A program made the position numbers and the translations under genes. A stretch of 64,000 nt of DNA. It comes from Catajapyx aquilonaris. Taxonomy: Eukaryota. Shown piece after piece: positions 1-8,500 of this stretch. The stretch's first letter is position 1. Each line of letters begins with the position of its first letter. The stretch covers positions 1-64,000 of the forward strand of contig KZ538353.1 in NCBI GenBank assembly GCA_000934665.2. Direction: 5' to 3'. Under the pieces are notes generated by a model. The model saw only the letters and a list, made by a program, of their open reading frames with translations, was not told where the DNA came from and made no database searches.

Positions 1-1285
1 GCGAGGGGGAATAAATACTGCCGGGTGCGCAAGGAGGGGGCGTTTTCTGGCGGATTCCGGGTCTCTTGTTCATCTGTAGCATTTATTTGCATGTCGTCTT
101 TCGCACAATTTTTTTTTTTTTGCAATTAATTGATGGGAGATTCCACGACAGAGCATGCAAAATAAAATTCAAAGTATGTTCACCATCAATTTTTTTGATC
201 TCAATAAAATTTAGTAGGATAATTTATCGTCCCTAACGATAATAATATGAATCATTTTAAAAATTTAAAAATCTGGTTTTTTCTTCATTTTTTTCATTCA
301 CTTATCGCGTTTGGTGGCGCCGCGCCGTGGCGGAGTGGTTAGCGCCACAGCCTTCTACCTCTAAGGTCCCGAGTTCGATCCCCGGTTAGCGCAGAGGATA
401 CTAATGTGGATGGAGTTTAGATGGGTTCTCTCCGTGTTCGCGTGGATTTTCTCGGGGTCCTCCCGTTTCCTCCCGTAATCAAAATCCATCAAACGCAGAC
501 AATGATTAAAGTATTAAAGGTATTCATTATTAACATACACTTATCACAATGTCTCAATCCTATACACAGAACATTATTCGCACATCAAAAGTATTGGTGT
601 GCCTTAGGGTCGTTTGTCCACGTGTGCGGTTTTACGGGTTTTTTGCCCATTTAATTACAAGCAAGGGGCGCGTGCTCCCGTGCACCCCCCCCCCNCCGTA
701 AAAAAGCTCCCCAGAGGGATAAAAACGGGAAAAAAAGAAGAAGAAAAACTGGGGGAAAACTCGCAAAAGCCCTCTTCTTTTCCGTTTTGCCCCAAATTTG
801 GGGTGGCGAGGAAGGGTTGTGACCTTGAACCGAAAAATTATCGCCTGCGGCGGGCCCTCCGCGGCTCCACCCCTCCCCAGGAGATATTACGTGCACCACT
901 GACAGCGACAAATGTGGACCCGAAGACGCCTCCCCCCCCCCTCAGAAAAAACTTCTGGATCAGGCACTGATTGCACGTGCCCTAATGACCCATAAAAATT
1001 TTATATTTGAAATTTTTAAAATGATTCATATTATTATCGTTATGGACGATAAATTATCCTACTGAATTTTATTGAGATCAAAAAAATTGGGGGTGAACAT
1101 ACTTTGAATTTTATTTTGCATGCTCTGTCGTGGAATCTCCCATCAATTAATTGCAAAAAAAAAAAATTGTGCGAAAGACGACATGCAAATAAATGCTACA
1201 GATGAACAAGAGACCCGGAATCCGCCAGAAAACGCTCCCTCCTTGCGCACCCGGCAGTATTTATTCCCCCTCGCTATATCACGCC
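1..1285. mobile_element. Non-autonomous DNA transposon with long (~270 bp) terminal inverted repeats (MULE/foldback-like); left tip probably just off-window
   Basis: 1-~270 is a near-perfect reverse complement of ~1006-1274 (GCGAGGGGGAATAAATACTGCCGGGTGCGC... versus ...GCGCACCCGGCAGTATTTATTCCCCCTCGC). The right end continues TATATCACGCC to 1285, followed by a T run. There is no transposase inside. The superfamily is inferred from TIR length only. Confidence 0.85.
316..490 (+). mobile_element. tRNA-derived SINE with V-domain-like core, nested in the TIR element
   Basis: Pol III A box TGGCGGAGTGG at 328-338 and B box GAGTTCGATCC at 371-381. 405-484 (TGGAGTTT..GTTCTCTCCGTGTTCGCGTGGATTTTCTCGGGGTCCTCCCGTTTCCTCCC) closely resembles the V-SINE central domain as I recall it. 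The 3' boundary is uncertain. Confidence 0.8.
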
Positions 1286-1544
1286 TTTTTTTTTTTTTTC
1301 TTCTAAGCCTACATCAAGAGCTCTTGCCTACATTAGGTCTAATTTTTCAAGCCGCGATGATCGTACGATTCGTACCTGTTCCCGACAGTACAAGGACATT
1401 ATAGGAACGTATATTTTGGCGGCTGATAGGGTCACTTGAACCGGGATGGCAGCAGATCAAACTTCCCTGAGAAGTTGGAAAATGTGCATTATTTATACAG
1501 TTTTGCCTTGATCCCCCCCGGGGGAGTGTTGCCCGGGTCGTGGC

Positions 1545-2130
1545 CATTGCCTCATCTGCCCCCACCTGCCCCCCTTCCCCCCAATCACCCCAAATAAAAC
1601 ACCTTTTCACATACACCAGACAACGCAACGCACCTCCCACTCCCGCCCGCCTCCCAAGACCGCGACCGTGACCCGTGATCACAGTGCTGTGGATTCCGGA
1701 ATAACTCCAAATAAACAACCGTGGTCACCTGGCAGCGCAAGGATAACCAACACATAAACACATAAGAAAATAAACAGTGACGACAATATTTTTGAACGCG
1801 ATAGTACTATTAACCCCAAAAGTAATGTCGCGACTGTTTATGGGTGATGCCGGCGACCTTTTGGTAATCCTGGGCGCTGCCAGGTTACGGATATGCTTAT
1901 TTGGTGATGTTCCGGAATCCACAACACTCTGCTCACTGGTCGCGGTCCCTTGGCCGCACGGTCAGGGTCTCGTCTTCTCTGCGACTTTTTGTGTATCCGC
2001 CTCCCTGAAGGGGTGCTGCCAGGTAATGGCAGGGAGGGAATGGGGATGGGAGAGGCGTTGTCTTGTGACAGTGAAACGGTGTTTCTATGGGGGCGATGGG
2101 AAGAAAGAGGGGCCATTGAGGCAGGGCAAT
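1545..2130. repeat. Diverged spacerless palindrome centred at 1805/1806
   Basis: Centre ATAGTACTAT at 1801-1810. 1771-1785 pairs with 1826-1840 (13/15), ~1683-1750 pairs with 1861-~1928, and ~1545-1626 pairs with ~2055-2125. The right arm has an extra insertion at ~1955-2035. Confidence 0.85.
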
Positions 2131-2848
2131 TTCATCACAGTTCATCCTGGAAGCAATGTCACCCTACCTATTCCATTTTTTGCAGAATTTGGCACAATTG
2201 TTAAGACAGACATCAGTAGTAGTACCAGGTAGTACGTAGGAATATGTTTAAGGGGTAGAGGTCAATAGGCCAGAAGGAAACAAAATGAAACAAAAAAATG
2301 CACATTTGGCAACATTTTGGTGTATATATTCAGAACTATACATGCTAGGAGTATGGCCAATATGTCACTTCATTCCCAAGATTATGCAGAATCTACCACA
2401 CTTTTATTTTTATTTATTTTATTTATATTTTTATTACCCCATTTGAGGGCAAGCGGCCTTTTAGGGGGACAAGGCCACACTTTTATTGATTTTAGTAGAG
2501 TAAACTACACAGAGAAATGTGGAGGTCATCACATGACCTTTGACCTCTTGAGAATGTCACATGGGAGAAATCTAAGATAAATATCCACGAGTACCTCTAC
2601 TCAATGCCTTTCAGACATAAACGTTTCCCACTTGCAAAACGTTTTAGTTTGGAGACAATAATTCTGAAATGTAACCCTACCCAGCCCGTAACCACTAAAA
2701 TTGATAACAGTGTGTGGTAGGTTTCCAAAAATGTATGGTTTTCATACTCTCCAAAAAATTCTGGCGACAATTAAAATCCAACCATAGTGAACCTGACTAC
2801 TCCTTGGTGCAGGTCAGAGACCCTCCTGACGCAGGTGAAAGGAAAGTT

Positions 2849-2920
2849 CCCCAGGCGAGGATCGAACCTGGGGCCTTTCACTCAGCAAGCCGAGACGTTA
2901 CCATCTCGGCCATCTACACC
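2849..2920 (-). mobile_element. tRNA-derived SINE head fragment
   Basis: On the minus strand: A box TGGCCGAGATGG (2912-2901) and B box GGTTCGATCC (2868-2859). It does not fold into a cloverleaf. Confidence 0.65.
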
Positions 2921-3815
2921 TCCCCAAACTCTTCCATTTCGTTATATGTAAGGTTTTGTTTTCTACTTACTGCATCACGAATCTGGCAAGAAAATCTCCG
3001 CTTCCCCTCAAAAGCCAGAGCCCACTTTTTCAACTGCTTCTAATTCACAAAGTTTGATCACGAATGGTGCCAACAGGCGTTGAGCGAGTCCCCAAGAGAT
3101 GGGAAATGTTGCCAGATGTTACATTTCCATGCGAGATTTCCATGCTCCCTTGCTTTTTAGCTTTCCTGTCTCAGTTGGTGAATACATCGACAGTGGGGAA
3201 TACTACGTAGTACACTTACCTTACTCATTGTAAATGTCACTCATCCACTTGAAGGCCAGTCAAGGTCCACTTTTTGTTAAAAAAGAGTCGCACATCTCGG
3301 AAGATACTTTCACTAGTGTAGAATATGATGGTTTGGTAGTGGTTGTCCAGTAATGATCATAGGTCACTATGGAAGGCCCCGAAAGTGGGATTTACAATGG
3401 AGCCTTATGGACCATCGAAATTTAAATTGGATTATCTCAGTTTCACCTGAAGTGGACCTTGATCGTTTTTCTCCTGAGGTATTTATTTGCTTTGCAATAA
3501 TTTCAGGATGGGAAAAAGTGAGAAGCCAATTGAAGGCAGGCGTTCCAGTGTCATCCGTGCCACAACCGACTCGCCCACTTCACCACCTCCAGTTAAGAGG
3601 ACACGACCCATATTGCTCGGAGGCCAAAAGAATCTCCTCTCCTTGTGGACCCGCAGAGTCAATGCAGAACACCAGCAGAAGCATGTGGACTTCGCAGGCA
3701 GAATCGGCACAGATGGGAACTGTGCCAGACTTTATGCTTCGTTGGAAAAGGAAGATAACTGATGGGATCAATTTGGAACAAAAAAGAAGTTTGGTGACCC
3801 CCATAGGGTAGACAT

Positions 3816-3821
3816 TTTATT
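3816..3821 (-). terminator. Candidate poly(A) signal of SERBP1 (3' UTR ~1.7 kb)
   Basis: AATAAA on the minus strand followed ~30 nt later by a U-rich tract (CTTCTTTTTTGTT). It is the first canonical hexamer I noticed downstream of the stop at 5490. Confidence 0.4.
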
Positions 3822-5489
3822 TCTCGAGCGGCCTTAATTATTAATTTTTTTTTTGGTTTCCTCCCCCTCCATTTTCTCTTCCTTACAAAACATTAACTAC
3901 AGGACTACTAAACAGGAGAGTTTTAAGTCTTGAAGTTTTAACCCTTTGTTTCAGTTTTCAAGGAAGTTGTGACTGCTTGCCAAGCAATTACTACTTTACT
4001 GCCTGTTTGTTACACAACCCTGCTTGGAGAACCATCCACTTACATTATTATGCCATATTGGTCTTAACTACTATTAGCCCGCAAAAAATGTAGGTCTCCT
4101 TGCGCAGCAGAACCAAACCAGACTTTTCACTTTGCAGAAAGGGGGCAGATCAAAGGCTCCGTGAAACTAACACATTATGCCCTGGGTACATTGTACATCA
4201 TGCCAACTCGAAGCATTACATGACACATGGGAGTCCCATGATCATCCTCGGCTGAGTGCAAGGTGGTACCAACCAAGTTACAAATTGTCACCAGCTGATT
4301 TGTGAAGCTCACAGATTTCACGTAGGTGCCCCTTTTCTGACCACAAAAAAATTAGTTATTCCTATTACACATAATTATTCCTCTGCCCAACTTGACAATT
4401 TGCAAAAGGGTGGCAGGATAGTGATGATGGATTAGTCACCCACTAGCAATGTAAACAAAGTCAGTAACAGGCAAAAAGATAAAGGAAGACCCTAACTTTA
4501 TGCCAAGTCTGAATTGCAGTTTGAATATGGACCTGGATTAATTAATCCATCGACTGACTCTACTTACACTACCCTTCAACTAGGACAGAGGAACTCCCTG
4601 CATATAGATACCATCAATAAGTACCTTTCTTGGCAAGAAATCACAACTCCCTTTGTTTGATTCCTGGAAAGTGAGCATAATTTGATGAGAGCCAGAAACA
4701 GGGCATGCCCATCTCCCATCATAATGAATAAAACATAAGCTTCAACTTGCATTGACCTCGGTGTAAAAGTGAAACTGAAAGAACTCAACGGCAGTAAAAA
4801 GACGTCAACATTCGGTTTACTTTTATATCCCACTCATTACTTCAAACATGATCCAGTTAAGGGGGGGTTACGTTGGACACTAGTCCCTGCCATTACATGT
4901 TTTTTAAAAAAAATCTCCCATGATTCTCTTTCTCTGTCCATGTCCTCCAACAGTCAGTCAGTCTCGCACATGACAATAATAATAGAAAAACAAAGGGACT
5001 CAAATGAGGGTAATGGATGATTGTATGTGTATGGGCAGCGAGAGGGTAAAGGACGTGTCAGATAGAGTTGTCAACATGGACTTGACCGGAGACTTGATTA
5101 TGCAGGATGACTAGCCATAGTGTGTCACGGTTACTCAGGATGGGTGGTGAGGAGAAAGGAACATCAGTTTAAGTCTATGTTTTCAAAAACAGAGGGGGGA
5201 CTTTCTTCTCACCCGTCCATTTCCTTCAACCACTCCGATTTCACATGTAAAAAAGAACAGCAAAAAAACAAATGTGAAAAAATTCGTCAAAAGAAGGGTT
5301 TGAAACAACGTGGTTTGGGTACATGTTATGGTGGGATCTTTGCATGGAAAGTAAGGAGGAAAACAAAAAAGAAAATTCCATCTGTCGTTGGGGGATACAG
5401 TCCCTGCAGATGGGCTTCCTTTTTCCCCACCCCCCTCATCTTTTCAAACTTCTCACATGGGAGTAAGTGGGTGGTACCGAGAGATTAAA

Positions 5490-5573
5490 CTATCCCAGTG
5501 ATGGGAAGTCGTTCTCGTCGTCCACACGGGGTGCACTCTGCCTCGGGCCACGGGACTGGAAACCTCCACGAGG
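5490..5573 (-). CDS. SERBP1: SERBP1 last coding exon
   Basis: [34 protein letters not shown] (TAG at 5492-5490). Confidence 0.93.
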   Translation of the reverse strand, partial: PRGGFQSRGPRQSAPRVDDENDFPSLG

Positions 5574-8500
5574 CTGTGGATGAAGATATAGCTCAAGTTA
5601 CAAAGTATCACAATCACCAGTCTAATATGTGTGCCACAATCAAGGGATAGAGGGGCAATTTGATTGGGAGCATTAAAACAATATTATGCCAAACATTGCT
5701 GACCTGTCCTCGTCCTCCACGAGGTCCACCCCTGGGTCCTCCTTCGCCTCGCCCTCGCCCTCCACCACCGCCTCCCATTCCACCTCCCATTCCTCCACCC
5801 ATGCTGTCTCTGTCCCTTCCGCCTCCGCCACCATCCCTTCCACCCATTCCGTCCCTTCCAGGTCCACCTCTCGCTCCTCGTCCCCTTCCACGTGTCCCAC
5901 GCCTTGAATCTGAGAAGGTGATGTCAATGTCCAAGAGCTTCCGCCGGTTGCTGGTCCGTTGGGTGTGATCCGTCTCCATTTCCTGCCGAAGGAAAGACAG
6001 GTAAAGGTTTACCGACGTTGTGTAAAAACAATAAACGTCTCTCATTAGCCTAAAGTCCTCAACAAAAAAAGCCAACCTCCTCCTCTTCCTCCTCCTCTTC
6101 ATTGCCATCTTCCTCTCCCTCTGGCTTGACTTCCTTCTTGAGTGGCACCATTTTCTTCCATTGTGTCAGGTCCTCCCCCTCTCCAGGCTTCCTGATGTTG
6201 AACACAGGCTTTGCTCTGGGCTGCTGCAGGGCGCGCCATTCATCCAGAGTCAGTTCTCGAGGGGCCTCTTCTGCTGGAGCACCAGACGGACTCTCCTCCG
6301 ATGCCTCTCCACCAGTCTCGCCACCAGTAGTTCCAGTTTCCCTGTTTCATGGTAAGTTTCATTTTAAAGGGTTTCGTATGTATTGGCACTGTAGTGGTAG
6401 GCTGTCAAGAGAATGTCTTCTTTATATTATCAACTGTTAACTTTTGAACTTTAATGTTGTAGCTAACCTGGATTGACCTTGAACATGGTACTAACTTGGG
6501 TTCCGTAGTCTCGCCAGGGGTAGTCTCAGCTTCCGGTTTTGCATCCCAGTCGTGCTGCTCCTCAGTAAAGGAGGTCTGGTTGGTTTGAGCACTGTAATGT
6601 AATGTTGGTTTTTAAAATTGTGAAATCTGGCTTCACATCTGCATGCACATAGCAATCTAGTCTGCCATATTACCAAAAAAGTGCATCAAGGTTGCTTTGG
6701 ATGAATTGCAAAAATGTCATTGACCTTACTAAGGATATAAATATAGCTGCAAAATGATACAAGCTTCCTTTCCTTTGGGTTATCATGAATTTCTGGGTTG
6801 GGGGACAAGTTATCTGCAAACATACAAATGGCAACAGAGATAAAGTTCATAGTATGATTTGCAACCAAATAAAGTGACGGGTATGGTCAGGTTGTTAACT
6901 CCTCAACCTTCTCTGATCTCTGTTTCGAACCACACCATGTCCGTGTTGCTGCTGCAATGCAAAAGCTGTTCTGAACTCAAAATGTAGCAAAATAAATGCA
7001 GAATGGCAGCGCCAGGAAGAATATTTTCTGCACATTATCAGTATACTATTTTCCACCCCCAACCCCGTGTCTTCGTATAAGCAGTGAGCCCCATAGCATC
7101 ACTAGGTGTCATGCACTTCTAAAATGCCTGCTAATTGTTATTTTGCAGCGCACATATTTTGAACCTTACACAAAGCACAGGGACATTTACTGCCATAAAC
7201 AAGTAATAATAAAGACATAATAAGGAAAGTAAAATATAGGGATAGTGAAGAAGACATAATGATAAAAATAAAAAAAATCAGACATACTCCCAGTCATCTT
7301 TGTACGAGCCCCAATTATGAGCTCCGGTCCCTTCGCGCTTCTCAATGGCCTTCACACCACTGCAAGAGGGAAGAATATATCAAAGTTGAACACAAGTCTA
7401 GACACAACTTGCTTCTTATGTCTTTGAGATTCAGGTATTAGTTTGTGCAATTCTCTGGCACATGCTTGGATGATTTGTTCAAAATATTAATTTCCACGTG
7501 AGAGTATGTCAAGCCCATTCATAACCAAAGTTGACTGTGCACTAATGAAAATGAAAGAAGGACGCAAAATATAAGCCGAACACAAAAAAAGGTGATGCAA
7601 AGCATATTTTAAGCCATCTTCCTTTGAAACTAGGAGATCAAAGAAGGCTGCCAGTTTTCCCTCATAATAATTAATGTTAGCAATAAAAAACTGATATGAT
7701 TCAACCACCACAATGGTAGATTTGATCACACGTCCTCACCTCTTGTCTGATCCAGAATGCCGGTCGTACTCTCGCTTTCCCCTTGGGTCATATCCACCTC
7801 CACCCCCGCCCCGTCCTCCCCTGCCGCCTCGTCCGCCACGTCCCCTTCCTCCTCCACCCATTCCGCCATCGCCACCACCTGAACCAAACCCACTGCCTCC
7901 CTCTCGGCCAAATCCTCCGCCGGTGCCACCACTGGCTTCCCTTCCAAATCCGCCGCCGCCGCCGCCGCTGCCGCCTCCCTCCCTCCCGAATCCACCTCCT
8001 TCCCTTGCAAATCCGCCTCCACCTCCCTCTCTTCCAAATCCACCTCTACCACCACCACCCCTTCCACCCCGACCTCCACGTCCAAAGCCAAATCCAGGAC
8101 TGCCGCCACCTCCCCCGCCGCCGCCTGTTCCAACAGACTCAAAGTCTGACCGCTGCGATGACTCCCGGTTGGATCCTTCCTCTCCACCTTGAGGGTGGCG
8201 ATCATCCCGGTTACGGCGATTGTTGCGCTCTTCACGGGTCTCATTTGAGAACTTGACGTTGCGTTCTTGTGCAAGCTTTCCTTTGGGCTTCAGGTCTAGA
8301 TGAAGTCACATTCACGAGAAAGGGGTGAAAAAATTTAGCTACTGTATTTTTAAAGCACTCTTACTACATTATAACAATTTCACTGAGATTTCTACAACAT
8401 GATCCTTTTCTGATCTGCTATGAACAATTTTACAGGGGAAATCTGGATATGAACATGTCTCGTGCACCTGTAACATTACTACATGACTAATTTTGTACAT

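Noticed and set aside
316..395. Possible tRNA gene (also 2849-2920)
   Set aside because: A and B boxes are present but there is no paired acceptor stem or Pol III terminator. The 316 copy continues into a SINE core; the 2849 copy looks like a SINE head.
3070..3130. Possible H/ACA snoRNA ending ACATTT
   Set aside because: No H box or first hairpin; the ACA is sequestered in an alternative GGAAATGT/ACATTTCC stem.
5660..5968. Proline-rich plus-strand ORF (also 7713-8192)
   Set aside because: Antisense shadow of Gly/RGG-rich SERBP1 exons; not formin/extensin-like genes.
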